Part shown: positions 26,901 to 40,340 of the stretch, piece after piece
How positions within the stretch are numbered: the first letter of the stretch is position 1
Layout: every line of letters begins with the position of its first letter
Assembly: GCF_037042905.1 (NCBI RefSeq)
Contig: NC_087252.1
Span: forward strand, 18,354,001-18,418,000
DNA from: Lytechinus pictus
Taxonomy: Eukaryota
Direction of reading: 5' to 3'
Length of the DNA: 64,000 bases
Notes under the pieces: model-generated
Seen by the model: the letters and a program-made list of their open reading frames with translations, nothing else
Told to the model about the DNA's origin: nothing
Database searches by the model: none
Translations under genes and position numbers: made by a program

Positions 26901-29900
26901 GCAGTCGACGACTAATACCTCGGTCACATTTATTTGCTCTACAGCGGCCGTACGTCGAGTCGAAAACAGCCGTTTTATTCATTTTTATTCAAACCACCTA
27001 TTTAGCTGGTACAAAAAATGTTGAAACTGCTGTTTTCGCCATAGAGCAAATGTGACCGAGGTGTTAGATCCTGAGGGGGATGACTCCTGTTGATATACCA
27101 CTGAAAGAGACTATGCGTAAAATTGAACTTCATTGGCATTTCTTAGTGGATGGCTGGTGTATAGTAGCACGGTTTCCTTGCATGACCTTCTATAATCTTA
27201 ACTAATAATCCAATTTATATCGTCTTCAGGACGATATAAATGCTCTCCATTATTGGTCATTATTACCTTTATAATAATAATGGTATTTATTCATCATCGT
27301 AATCTCGAGCAAGCAGATACAAAATGATTTACAAAGTACTGTATAAAATGGTTAAAATACAAAACATTATTACAATAGCAGAAATTCTGAATTGTAGTAA
27401 CAATGTTTACACAATAGGTGGCCTATAACAAATTCCAAATATGTATTACAATTAAATATTAAGAAGTATAAATATAATGTGCACTTACAAAAGAAAAATA
27501 AATTGAGAAGGAAAAACAAACGAATGATCGAGAAAGAGAGAGAGAGAATATTTGTGTCTCACTGTGGATTGGTAATGACAATGAGCACGGTTTCAGTTTC
27601 AGTTCCTGGTATAACCTCCCCTTATCTATCCAATCATCCGATTCATATTCCCTTCAGGACGTTGACGGTTGTGATCACCAACTTCCCAGACCATCTCAAG
27701 ACACAGGTCCTCTCCTACAGCTGTATGTCATGTGGGAGTGCGTTCAACGAGGTCGTCGACCTCATGTCACATGTCTGCACAGGCACCGCCCCCCTCATTG
27801 CCAATGCCAGCAGCGTAGTCATCAACACAGGTACATGGAATAAGACTCTGAGTGTTGTTATAGCATCATTTGTGAGAGTGGTGATGATCGTGGTGATGGT
27901 GTTGTTGATGATGGTGATATTGATGATGGTGATTGTGATGATAATGGTGATGATGATGATTGATTATGAAAATCATTATGATGATACTGCTGCTGCTGCT
28001 GATGATGGTAATGATGATGATGGTGATGATGATGATGATAGTGTTGATGATAGTGTTGATGATAGTGTTGATGATAATGATGATGATGATGGTGATGATG
28101 ATGATGGTGTCGATAGTGCTGATGGTGATGATAATGATGATAGTGTTGATGATGATGACAATTATAATGGTGGTGGTGTTATAGTAACTTTGCCATCGAA
28201 TTGTAACTACCATGGTAACAATGCTCAATAGCCAATCAAAATAAGGGATTCACTGTAAGTTAACGCTGATGCAATGGGCCTCCACATCCTTTTGTTATGT
28301 AGTCCAGAAATGTATTCACTGACCCACTACATTATATAGAGATGCCAACCTTCACAAACTTAACAAAAATGATTTTGAGAGGTAAAACAGGACTTTCACC
28401 CTTATATTAACGAGAAACAGCCCCCCAATGTTACGTAAGAATCAATTGTTGAAAAGTGCGTATGTACATACATGACTGCAAGTCATACTTAACTCATATG
28501 AAACTCCTAGATTATGCGGAGCAATGTATTTTACCAAAGTCAAACAGATTTCTGTGCTGCTAAGAGATTCAAATTGGGCAGAGTCACCTGGATTTGTGAT
28601 GCTTTTTTCCCCTGCAGGTTTGGGTACAAGTGCTCCGGAGATTGACCCTAACAAGACCGTCATCAGCACCGCCGACCTCTTCTATCGATGTGACGAATGC
28701 CCAAAGAAATACGTCAAGAAGACGGACCTAGTCAGACATAAAAATGCTCACCATAAAAAGGGGGACACTGTCAAGGTATGTGTTTAAACTTTGAACAAAT
28801 GATCATTAGGTATTGTCACATACACTGTATACCTATAAAGCTTAAATTAAAGACCATCTTGCATGTTTCATTGATCGCAAAATCAGGCGAGACTCGTAAT
28901 TTGTGAACCACCTTGTTTAATATGTGATTTAGAACAACGATTTCATGTACACTTAATTCAGTTAGTTTATTTAGAATGTAGAAGAAGTGTGCAGTTCACC
29001 ATGCTCTTAATTTATTCCTGTTGTGAATCAATTGTAAAATGAATGTCTCGTCTTTTTTTCCTTATATTTTGTTTAGTTGAAGCATCCATTAGTAAACCGG
29101 GTGGACCTGTTAGATACAGCAAACATAGAACAGCAGCAGATGGTCGAAGAGAACATCATCATTACCGAAAATGGCCAGTTTCAGTGTGCTGTTTGCCTAA
29201 AGTGCTGTAAGCGGAAGTTTGATCTGAAACGTCATCTGTTAACCCACAGTAACATCAGAGACCGGCCGCACTCGTGCGAGCACTGTGACAAGAGATTCCT
29301 GACAGCCAGCCATCTTAGGCAGCATCTCCGGGCCCATGCTGGTATCAAACCGTTTGCGTGTGACGTGTGTGGGAAGACGTTTGCACGTTCCAGCGAGGTC
29401 ACGCGGCACAAGGTCATGCACCAGAGAGATGGAGGAGGAGGAGGCAGTGCTGGAGTCGAGGATGGAGTAGGAGATGGCATGATTGAAACCAACAATTCTG
29501 TAAACTCTGTAGAAGAGGATGAGATGGTTGTTCCGGAGGTGGTTCCGGTGTCGATGGTCTCAGCGCTGGGGTCTCTCAGCTACGAATGCACCGACTGTTC
29601 AGAGACATTCCTCAATAAGAAAGACTTGCAGCTTCACCTGTTTGAGAAGCACACGTTCCAATGCAAGCAGTGCGCCACAGTGTTCCCAACCGTAAGTACC
29701 TTGGAGCGGCACATGGCCGAGCACCGGGAGGAGGTGTACACCTGCATAGAATGTTCCATGGTGTTTGTCCACAAGAAACAGCTCAAACAGCACAACAAGC
29801 AGAAGCATCGGGAAAAGTATCGAGAAAAGCACCGGGAGAAGCACGCGGAACGGCAACGGGAGCAAGAGGACACGCAAGAGAACCGAACTGAGGACCAAGA

Positions 29901-30348
29901 GGATGGGGTTAGGTATCAGTGTGATATATGCTTCAAGGAGTTCCGCAAGAATAGCAATCTCAAGCGGCACATGGTGACCCACACGGAGCGGGAAAGGCGG
30001 CACCAGTGCGAGCTCTGCGAGAAGAAGTTCCTGACAAGCAGTCACCTGAAGGCTCACCACATGCAGAAGCACTCGGAGGAGAGGCCCAACAAGTGTCCGT
30101 ACTGCGATAAGAGGTTCGCCCGGAAGCACGACCTGAAGCGGCACCTGTCCATCCACGATGCGGAGAGAGAGAGGCCCTTTGAGTGCGACCAGTGTGACAA
30201 GAAGTACATCGCAGCTAGTCATCTTAGAGATCATCAAATAGTGCATACAGGTATGAGACCCTTTAACTGTGACGTTTGTGGACAGTCTTTCACCCTACAT
30301 AGGGCACTGCTTCGCCATTTAAAAGATAACCATCAGGTGCAATCATAG
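17995..30348 (+). CDS. Multi-C2H2 zinc-finger protein, 736 aa, 8 coding exons
   Basis: Exons 17995-18160, 20252-20374, 21850-21963, 22907-22951, 23500-23659, 27658-27830, 28618-28775 and 29077-30348. All are AG/GT bounded with phases 1,1,1,1,2,1,0, total 2211 nt and stay open. Start context is gccATGG. The last exon has 11 C2H2 fingers, 28618-28775 has one, and 27658-27830 has an atypical CxxC-x12-H-x-C finger. No specific orthologue recognised. Confidence 0.88.
18190..18350. repeat. (AAT/GAT)n degenerate microsatellite
   Basis: Trinucleotide run just downstream of the donor at 18160. Confidence 0.85.
20826..20998. mobile_element. Short palindromic MITE
   Basis: CCGCACAGAAACGTTGTTAGC..TAACAGAG is inverted against CTCTGTTAG..GCTAACAACGTTTCTGTGCGG. 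Confidence 0.6.
23788..25881. mobile_element. hAT-like non-autonomous element with a 6-bp TSD
   Basis: 14-bp TIR CAGAGCTGCCAACC / GGTTGGCAGCTCTG; TSD CTTATG at 23782-23787 and 25882-25887; different subterminal repeats at each end. Confidence 0.75.
25964..26254 (-). mobile_element. tRNA-derived SINE
   Basis: On the minus strand: A box TGGCCCAGTGG, B box GGTTCAAATCCC, a (TTA)n tail and TSD ATGGAT. A decayed + strand copy lies at ~35824-36092. Confidence 0.85.
27870..28180. repeat. (GAT/GGT)n degenerate microsatellite
   Basis: Intronic trinucleotide run that produces the overlapping low-complexity ORFs in the track. Confidence 0.9.
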
Positions 30349-31680
30349 ATATTGTCTCTTCATTGGTGATTTTAATTGCTTTTTTTGGTGCTGGGTGTTG
30401 AGAGTGCTTATCATGCTTCTCAACCTCCCACCAAATACCAAAAGTGGGTTCACAAGAATGGTAGTAATGCTATTTATATCTCAACATCTATAGGGGGATG
30501 CTAATCTGACCCGCAGCCACATTTGAAATGTGCTTTGATTGGTAGTAAATTGTTCCTCCATCTGTACCATGTTTCACAATTTAATTTGAAATCACCCAAC
30601 CAATGATTTTGTCTTAACTTTGTGATGTAGTAATTTTTAGAGATCCATTTCTCATTCATATTGAAACGCAATTTTACTTTTTAACCCCCACCCCCATTCC
30701 GAGGTGCTTATAAATGATTAGCGAAAAATTGTACAGTTGATTGGTATGGTTGATTGCACATTTTGACCAGCCCTTTCTGCGTGAAATCACTGCAAAATTT
30801 GAAAATATGTTATCTAGTAGAGTTGAATAAGAAAATAGAGTTGGAATTCTGATTTTCCTTGAGAGTTAACCTAATTTATACGAAGAGCAGTTCTTTAGAT
30901 GTGCTGCTATTTGTCCGTAAAAATCATCTTATTTGGCTGGGCCAAAAGTCAAAAGTCAAAACGCTTTAGACTGACGATTAAATGACTGCCAGAAGTAATA
31001 AAAAAAAACTGTTTTGAGTATGTGCTGTGTATGATCTGGTTATAAACCAAGAATTTTTGGGTCTACACTTTTATTTTGGGCACAGACATGCTGGAGTGAA
31101 GTGCTATAATATGAACATGCATAGTACATGAATGTATGTATGTACAAATTAATAGCTTGGCTTTCCCTATTTTCATTTGTTTTTGTAACTTGACTGTTTG
31201 CTGTGCTGAAATGTACAGAAAAACCATGCATGTTCAGGATGCCAAAAACTATGCACTAGATGTTTCCAAGTAATGAAACCTATTGAAATTTGGTTATGTA
31301 CATATTTGTCCACCTTTTATCATTGCAAAGAAAATAGCACAACACTTGCTCAAAAGAAAATCCCCCCCCCATCGATTCCGTACCAATCTTATTTCTCTGC
31401 TAGTTGGAAAGTGTCCGAATCCTGTGCACTCGATATCTATTGCCAAAAAAGAAGTTTTCTGTGCCTTGATGGCTAATATCTATGCATATTATTTGTAGAA
31501 AAAAGAAATTATTTAAAAGGGAAAAGAACTCCTTGAAATCTCTACAATTTGTGATTCATTGATATCAATTGAAATCTAGATATGAATCATTCATCATTCT
31601 ACAATCATGCCGATATACACACAGGCACACTTTGCCAGGGATATTGATGCCAAATTAGTACTGCATGGGTCTAGGACATG

Positions 31681-31940
31681 GGCCTGGTCTTACAACGAGT
31701 GGCGATTGATCTAATCAACCACAACTATGGAAAGCCTGCAACCTCAACATCTAAAATGCATGTGTTCAAAATATATTATAGATAAATGTATAATTGTTTT
31801 CTTGAAAATTCAGTGTGCTTCTCTTTGTTTACAATGGACATAAAGCAAATTTCCTTGAGATAGAAAATGATGGCATTGTTGGATTTCCATACAGTTGAGG
31901 TCGATTGGATCAAATCGTAACTCTTTGTAAGACGGAGCCC
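31681..31940. mobile_element. PIF/Harbinger-like MITE in the zinc-finger gene 3' region
   Basis: GG..GTCTTACAA.GAGT.GCGATTGATC is inverted against GATCAAATCGTAACTCTTTGTAAGACGG..CC. Confidence 0.6.
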
Positions 31941-32749
31941 TGAATTTATGTGGCATTAGAGCCCCTCACCATTCCCACACATGTACATGTACTCACCCAA
32001 TGCTCTTGTTTTCTCCCTTGTTTATTATTTATGCATGTGGTTGCCAACACAATCCAGCCGATGATGAGGTGCTTTAGAACGGGGACCCATTCCAGTGTGC
32101 CAACCTCTGAATGCATGAAGCCTGCCCTCTGGAGCCTGGATGATGCCATGGAAGACGCACAGTATTCTGCATGGTCTGTACATCGCAGCATTATGTCATC
32201 ATGCACCCTTTCCTGCCACGTGTTCGTCATATCCCTTTGCTGTGGCTTGCAAAGCTTGCAACATTCTTTTTTAAAGAAGTCGAGTTCTGGTATAAGGTTG
32301 ATTATTAGTTTCTTCTTATGTTGTGGCAAAACATCAAAGAATAATTATAAAAGGTGTTGGCTCCTCAATCGTCCAACTTCTAGCTAAGTGACAAGAGTTT
32401 GTTGCGAATGTTAGAATGGCCTGTCATGCTTGATATTTATGTAGTCCCATGTATACGTTTGTCTGTGGACTGAATTCCATCAAGACTGGCAATTTAGTAG
32501 GATAAGACTGAAAACTTAACAGAAAGATAACTCATTTAAGATCACATTCTTTCAAGTTCCTATTGCATCGATTGTTGGTCATCAAGGAGCTGTCAATGAG
32601 ACAGTGCTTGTTAGGGAAGTAAATTGCTTGAGCCGAAATGGCTGACTAAATCACTTGCCATGTCTGAGCTCTTTTAATATTGTCTATACAATCTGCTTGT
32701 GTTGTTTACAGTTTCATACTGTATTCAAATCAAGCTGTGAAGAAAGTTT

Positions 32750-32802
32750 AATAAATGATCATGATTCCCACCTCCCTTTAGTTTAGATAAAATTGAAATA
32801 AA
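32750..32802 (+). terminator. Candidate polyadenylation signals of the zinc-finger gene
   Basis: AATAAA at 32750 and 32797. A more distal AATAAA with a GT-rich downstream tract at 39238 is an alternative. Confidence 0.3.
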
Positions 32803-33135
32803 ATATAGTTTACAATTGAATTAATTTCAACAACAGAAAAAAATGAAACAATAGCATTATCCAATTTCTTCTTTGAATTTAACAACTTTTTTTCATGTGT
32901 CTTTGGGCCATTTGTGTCTGTGTTTGATCTGTTTGCTGTGATTGTTCATGCATGTACATGTACTAGGGGGTGGAGCTGCGCTTTCAAGTTTCAAGGGTTT
33001 ACTATTAGAAGAAATTACTCTATTTTGGTGTATTTTCCACATCTTGATAATAAAAGAGAAATCTATATGAATGGAAATCAAAACAAAAATATCAAATGAT
33101 CAGATTATGATAATGTGCTATTTTCATTAAACCAT

Positions 33136-33983
33136 GGACCTATTACGAATGGACATTCAACGAGAGTATTTTATGACCACCACCTGTTTCCAGCTGTCAA
33201 AATCGCTGTCTAACCCTTAACTTTCTCTTTACGCGGTTTTTACGACCACCGCCCGGGGCGATTGTTTACACAAGCTCCTTTCGCCCATTGATCGTCACCG
33301 ATCGATCACTGGCCCTCTTTCGACCAAAGGCGGTCATGTTTTAGCCCCGATTGCCAAAAGGGAAAGTCCCTACATTACCTAGAATGCAATGCGCAATTCA
33401 TATCCGGTTTTTCAGTACATTATTTTAGGCTGTCTATAATGTGCGATTGTCGTCTGTCCATCAAAAAAAAATCCTGTTAAATTTCATCAATCCTGTGGAA
33501 TTTTATGCCCAAATGAAAATTAACTTCTGACCGAAGGTAAGCGCTACTATCGACATCAATACTGTCCGAAAAAGATGAAATTTTAACGTTTTTCAGCAGA
33601 TTTTTTCGTCGAATTTCAAGTGCTTTTTTGCCATAGATATACGGATCTGCAAGGTGATGTCAATGCATTTCATTTCCGGTTGTTAGCGATGTACGTAAAA
33701 AATACGTTTATGCACGCCTGTTTTCTTGTTTCTGCTATCATTTTCATAGCGCTAATGTTCGCTGCTGTGCGTTGCTGTTGATAAAGTGAACGAACAACAT
33801 CGCAATGTGTAGGAGCAGCGTACAATTGATTTCCGCTGTCCATCAGTGAGAGCATGGTGAGAGCGTTTTTTACGACCGGCTTGATGGGTGTCAGCTGCCA
33901 GCGCTCTGTTTATAAAAGGATTAGCGGCGACGGTCTTTGTGTCAAAGGAGGGGATTCGTTGAATGTCCATTCGTAATAGGTCC
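33136..33983. mobile_element. Non-autonomous TIR element (ISL2EU/PIF-related), 848 bp
   Basis: Perfect 28-bp TIR GGACCTATTACGAATGGACATTCAACGA flanked by AT on both sides; CpG-rich interior. Confidence 0.8.
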
Positions 33984-36484
33984 ATGATTAAACTAACACT
34001 CTGGTACAGGTAGATGACAAAGCAGGCAACTTTGTTTAATTGTTCCTCCTTGGCATATGGCATAGGTCAAGCATCATTAAAGGCCATTCTGATTAGGTTT
34101 ACAATGTGATGGAAGTAGCAGTGAATTCTGTGATTATAAGAAATCATATTATAAGAGGGGATGGTCTGAAAAAAACGGGATACAGCATAGCTACATATCA
34201 TAATTTCATGTATTATGTGTAAAGCCATAGTGTTGTTACCAAGAGGTTTCTTTCAATTTGTGATGTAAATCTTATTTTTTATGAGGATTTTTAATTGAAT
34301 TTATAGTTTGAAAACACTGCAAATGTAACAGTGAATGTAAACATTGAATATCTCATCAGAGATCTATCTATCAGTTATGTGGTGTGCTATATATGTGATG
34401 CGTTAGAGATGTATTAGTACAAATATTTCTATTATTATTCTTATTCCTAAGGCATAGACAATTATTAAAATGTGTGTGCTTCACCTTTTTAACTTGGTGT
34501 TTGCTGTACCTTTTTATTTCTTGGTGGGGGAACTGTTGCCAAAATATTTGTTCCTGTGACTTTTTCTCTCGGCTTTATTTATTTTATTTTTTTAAGGCTT
34601 CGAATCCTATTTTAGCAGATTAATTACAATTTTGGACCTCCTCCATAAAGATTCCTCCTTTTTACTTCATTTATTCTGATTTCTGGTCTTTAATGGTTGG
34701 CAGCTATGTAATTGGTCCGTTCAACCTATTTAGCCAATGGGAAGAAATGTATCAGGCTCCAAGTCTAAGTCACGGAATGCAATTTATTCAATGTATTCTT
34801 ATTTTGATAGATACTTCATTTGTACAATTGACAATCCTATTCATCAAAGGTGAACTATCTGACCTAGAATGTTGTGTTTCACACTAGGAAACCGATATAC
34901 ACTTTTGTATTCCTGTAGAATGTGATGGAAACATCTAAAGATGTAATGTTTGGAACCTTTAAATTCCCTGTTGCTTTCCTGTCACTTGCAGAGAATCCAA
35001 ATAACTATCCTAGCATTTCTCAAAGTATTTATGGGCAATGTCATGCCTGTTACATGGGATTGTCCGTATACATATTGTTCTGGGATCGATGTGACATCTG
35101 AAATAAATTTTGAAAATGTAGTGTAATGAGTGTATTTATAAGAAGGGATGTTCTATGAATGTATATTTTGAGCAAAGGTTCCCAAATTGCCAAGAAAGAT
35201 CTAAACTGTTATATTCTTATTTGTTCATGAACATTTTCATTTATCCATGAAAATAATTAAAATGTAGAATTATAAACGATTGGATGACAAATAAAGGGGA
35301 AGTGTTGAATATCCGATCCTGGGCGCAATCTTCAGCTTTTTCTGATTTTGGCCAAGTCCTCGTCGACTGTTGCAGATGCGCTATTGATATAATTTTTTAG
35401 ATGTTTAAGAGAGAACACATCCAGGGTGACGGATCCATTTCTCAACAAACTTCTTTTTTGATAGGCTGAGAAGCACAGTTGCCATGGTAATTGTCACACA
35501 AAGTGTACTTTTGTGAGTCCTCTTATGAAACACTCCCCCGGGAACAAACATACAAAATTGGAAGTGAAACAGTTCTTTTAATTTGTAAATCCAGTTGATG
35601 TTAATTAATGACAGCTTTAAATCATGTCTTTCAGTTCAAATTTAATCTTCACAATCCATTGTATGATTATTAACGTAAAGCTATAACCATGGCTACCCAT
35701 TTTCAGATTGTAATTTTTTTTCATTTAATTTGGCATCGGTTTCTATGAACCATCCCAAGAGAAAAAGTAACAAATTGTGACATCAACCAGTGTGAACTAT
35801 AGCTTTTTTTTTTTTTAGAGTTTGGATTGTGGCCCAGTGGATTAGTGTCCTGACTTTTAAACAGGTTTGTGGGTTTGAATCCCAGCCATGGCATAATTTC
35901 CTTCAATTAGTCAATCACGTTTGTGCTGCATTCAACCTAGGAGGTATAAGCCTTTGAATACCTGGCATAAGTTTGCTTGTGCACTATAAAAGGCTTGCTA
36001 GGCTAATGCCAGGTTAAAAATAGCTAATTCCTTTTGGAAACTGATAATTTATATACAGATTATGCACTTTATAAGAATGAAATATTTATTATTTTATGGC
36101 TCAATTTTTGCTTTCCTGTCTTCGATTACCTGTTAACTTTATTTATTTATTATGCATGAAAGTAAACAAGTGTGAAATTATTGTATGTTGGTTTGTCTAT
36201 GTCTTGAAGTGCATTAATGTACCATTGTGAAGAAAAAACCTGAACCATTTTTGAAATTTTTAAAATATTTTGTATATCTCCCCACTATGCGGGGACAATT
36301 TATCTGTAAATTTTGAATTAGTGTATAGTACCAGTGCTCTTTGTTGATAACTGTTACACATTGTTTTGATTGTACTTTTTGGTTGTATTGGTAGTAATGA
36401 GATGATTTTTTTATTTTACATTACAGTTTTTGCAGGACAATGCTAGAAAACAAAGGGAGTGGATTAGTTTGAAAGGAATGCAGT

Positions 36485-37356
36485 GGCCCGTATTCTGAAC
36501 TTTGGTTTGATTTAAACTCTCGTCTAAAACTATGGATAGCCAATGGGGCACAAATGCTATTAGTACACGTTCAATCAATTAACTCACATGATGCTCGAAT
36601 AAAGGTCATTAAACTCTGGTCTAAAGTTGTGGTTAAACTATGGAGAGCCAATTGTGTCATAAACATGTAACAGTTCAAGTTCGATTTATAAGCTAATTTG
36701 ACTCTCCAATCATTCGTAAAGGTCTGGAAATGATAACAAATAGTTTCCTTCATCATAATAGTATGACGAAAAAGCACAGTAGACATAAGAAACAAAAAAT
36801 TTTGACATTGTAAGCTGCCCGTAATTTTGACCACAATTAACGGCAGTGGCCTAATTTAAATCAAACTTCAGGATACGGGCCAATGAGTCCACATTTGTCC
36901 TGCATACGTACATGTATATTAAAGGTGGTGCAGGGATTTAAGATTGTTTGCCATTTATCCAGTGCTCTTTCTAAGCCATCTGAATGGCTGCTTACCAGTG
37001 TTTGAGCTTTGGCTGTAAAGGCCCGTACTCTGAACTCTGGTTTATTTAAAATCTGGTCCAAAGTTGTGGTTGAAGTATGGGAAGCCAATTGTGATTGGTA
37101 TCTCTAATACCGTAATTTCTTTACAAGTTCGATTTGTCAGCTCATTTGAAAACCCAAATCATTCATAATTTACTGGGAATGAATTCTGAAATAGTACTCG
37201 TCATCATGGAAACATGAGGAAAGACACAAGTTAAGACACATTCAATGTAAATGCAATTTTGATATTTTTGGCTACTTTTTATATTTTTGGCTTTCCATAA
37301 TTTTAGCACAGAGTTAGAGCATGGCCTAAGGTAAATTGGACTTCAGAATACGGGCA
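36485..37356. mobile_element. Two adjacent diverged copies of a GGCCCGTATTCTGAA PIF/Harbinger-like MITE
   Basis: Copies at 36485-36881 and 37020-37356, each with a GGCCCGTA.TCTGAA start, a TTCAG.ATACGGGC end and similar interiors. Confidence 0.7.
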
Positions 37357-37901
37357 AAAGTGTATTATGTCGCAGTAAACAATCAAATTATTTATGACAG
37401 CTTGTAAATTTGATATTTTTTGTGTATTTCGAACTCGACAGTGACAGACGGCTTGGTATACCAGTATGTAGTTGAGGCATTTTGCAGAAATGTTACATAA
37501 AACCTCTGCTGATTGGCCACCTCAAGGAGTGTCTATTAGGATAAATGCATATTTTAAGTTTAAACCATAGAGCAACACGGCTATCATAATATCAACATTA
37601 ATATGCTTTGTTCCTCAAATTGGCAACAATCATTTTTCTCTTCATTTGCATACTGTACACCAAAATCATAAGATATGGATATAAACTGAGTCACAATGAA
37701 TGATGGTATCAAAATTAATGATAAATTGCCAATTCATATTTCTAAACAGCTCTAGATTTTGTTTTTATTGTGTTGCCAATTTAGCTCATGTAATGATTAG
37801 CTGGTTCATGTAGGGAGGGCATCTCAAACTTTATTGGAAATGGTAACAATAAAAAAAAAGATAGCAAAATTTATTGAAAAATTGCCAATTCAAATATTTA
37901 A

Positions 37902-38719
37902 CCCTATCTAGGGGGGGGGGGGGACTCCGAGGCCCCCTCCTCAACAAGTCGCGCGATATTTTCGCCGCGCAGAATTTTTTTGACCGCGCTGCTCACTGAC
38001 TTTTTACTTTCAAGTCTTGCGCAACTTTTGAGACCAGTTTTGCGTCACCCGGGTACGCGGTTCTGAAATTACGCGACGTTATGTAAGTGCATGTCGGACC
38101 AAAAATTGCTCAAAAACGTGATTTTGTGTACAAAGTCAAGGTAAATTGTATTTTCAACCAAAAATCATATATGTATGATTATTTTTAGTTTTGCTGGTCT
38201 AAATGTATGTATTTTATGCTGTTTATGATCTTAGAAGAGTCCCCAATGAATTTCATTGAAAAAACAATGAAAAACAAAGAGTCCAAAAAACAAAGAAATA
38301 CATAAGAAATTGCAAAAAACAATATAATACATAAGAAATTGATCTGATATCACAATTTTTTTCATGTAAACTTGCTAAGAACACCACAAAGAGTTTCTAT
38401 GCCAAAAATTAGAACATTTGGAGCTTTATTTATGGAGTTAAAGGAAAAAGTATGATTTTGCATACTAATGGTAAGTCTGCGAATCGAACGTAGAAAACTC
38501 GTAGAAAACGAGATAATTGCACATAAATTAGCATAATTACTTAATAACAATTCGCATGAAATGAATTACTATACAATTTTGTAGATTATGTCCCAGAAAA
38601 CCTGGGTGTTAATTTTCGGCGCGGTCGACGGCCGAGATCTCAAGGGGGGGGGGGGGGCCTGGGAGGCCCCCCCCCCCCCCGGCCATATGAACTCCCAAAA
38701 TACCCCGGCCTAGATAGGG
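37902..38719. mobile_element. piggyBac-type MITE
   Basis: TTAA|CCCTATCTAGG ... CCTAGATAGGG|TTAA. Confidence 0.85.
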
Positions 38720-40269
38720 TTAAACAGTGACTTTGTTTTCATTGCATTGCCAATTTAGATTATGTACTGATGAGCTGGTTTATCCAGGGAGGGCACCGCA
38801 ACCTGTACTGGGAATGAAAACCTTTTATTTTACTCAATTTTCTCTTCATAATCATATTCCGTGTGTGTTTGCTAGCTTTCAGGATAGAGAGATACTGCAA
38901 AAAGGCACTTCCTGTAGGCTGATTGAGTGAAATTATTACGATGTTCAGAGGGTACAAGACTAAGCGACTTATTTGTAGTTTCGCCAAACAAGCTGGCCAA
39001 ATCATTTGAATTTCCATTCTTATCTCAACATTATGAACTACATCACTCTATTATTGTAATATAGATATTAGTATCGATGATTTATCTGTTTTCCAATGTT
39101 GCCTATTCATAGAGAATAGGGAAGTGTTCAATGTTTGACCGTTTTTGCCATGTATTATATGTACATATGTTGATAAGATGATAGAGGTTAAACAGAGAGA
39201 CAATGCTAATTTCTGCATTATTTACATCAACTAAAGAAATAAAAAAAATGCATGCCTGTTTACTATGTGGATGCACATATTATGTATTACTATTATTGCT
39301 TGTTGAAATAAATCTACCGAAAATAATATTTCTTTTGGTGGTTGTGAATGCTGTTGTAAATGCATGTGTATTTTATCCCCCCTTTTTATTTGGGGGGGGG
39401 GGGGGGTAGGGGGATTTTCAATATAAGTAGGCGTACTTTAAAAATAGATCCATGTAATATTCATCTGTCAAATTAGTGAAAGGGGGGATAGTAAGGAGAG
39501 AAAATGCCATCAGATAGGAGAGGAAAGATATAAAGGGGGGGGGGGGGAGGAAGAAGAGGGATTGGGGAGAGATGGAGAGGGGGGGCAGATAATGACGGAG
39601 GTGGATGGAGAGAGAGATTTGAATCGGGGATCGTATAGTGTGAGATACACTTGTGGTGAGAGAAGGGGGATTTTTGTTTGTTTTTTATTTATTTATTCGA
39701 TCATCCATCCATTAAATGGGAAAGACATAGTAAAAATATTGGACATGAGAAACAAACTCGAGCGATACGAAATAACGTATAACCTTATTGGATATAAAGC
39801 TCCGTCTATCAGGCCATGAAGTAAACACCTTTCTTTTGGGATGACGACCTGTATTTTCTTCATTATTTTAGAAGTAAGGGAATGGTAAACATTATCCATA
39901 TACACAGTCCTAGTATATCCAATAGGATACCCCTCTAGGCCCTCTATATTTTCCTGTCAAGCCCGAGCTCCACCCAACCCCACGTGGTTATAAACCTTTC
40001 ATCTTGCAAAGTCGGGGCCCCTAGATCCAGGCTAGGCGCATCTCGACGCGTCGGTCCCCTCCCCTTTTCATGGTTGGAATAGTCCATTATATATTGAGGG
40101 CTATGTACGAATATCTCGTACATGTGTCCGTAATTTTAGCCATATACATACGCATTTAAACACGAAATGATATCTAAAAATGATACTCTAAAAATATATA
40201 TTATCTGTATGCTTTTTAAAGGAATATGTATATTTAATAATTGATAATAAAACCCATGTCTTCCCTCAA

Positions 40270-40340
40270 ATGACGCAATGACACATTCCGGAAGTCCAGT
40301 TTCCCGCGAAATGTTTAAAGCCCCGCGAATTTTAATGAGC
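40270..40340 (+). promoter_or_regulatory. CDCA7 proximal promoter with E2F, ETS and ATF-like sites
   Basis: TGACGCAA 40271-40278, TTCCGGAAGT 40286-40295, double-faced E2F site TTTCCCGCGAAA 40300-40311 and a second CCCGCGAA from 40322. The cluster lies ~150 nt upstream of the ATG. Confidence 0.7.

Noticed and set aside
29232..30246. Antisense and alternative-frame ORFs
   Set aside because: They are shadows of the GC-rich zinc-finger exon.
31946..32387. Overlapping 145-aa and 127-aa ORFs
   Set aside because: No domain or clear splice sites; probably 3' UTR sequence.
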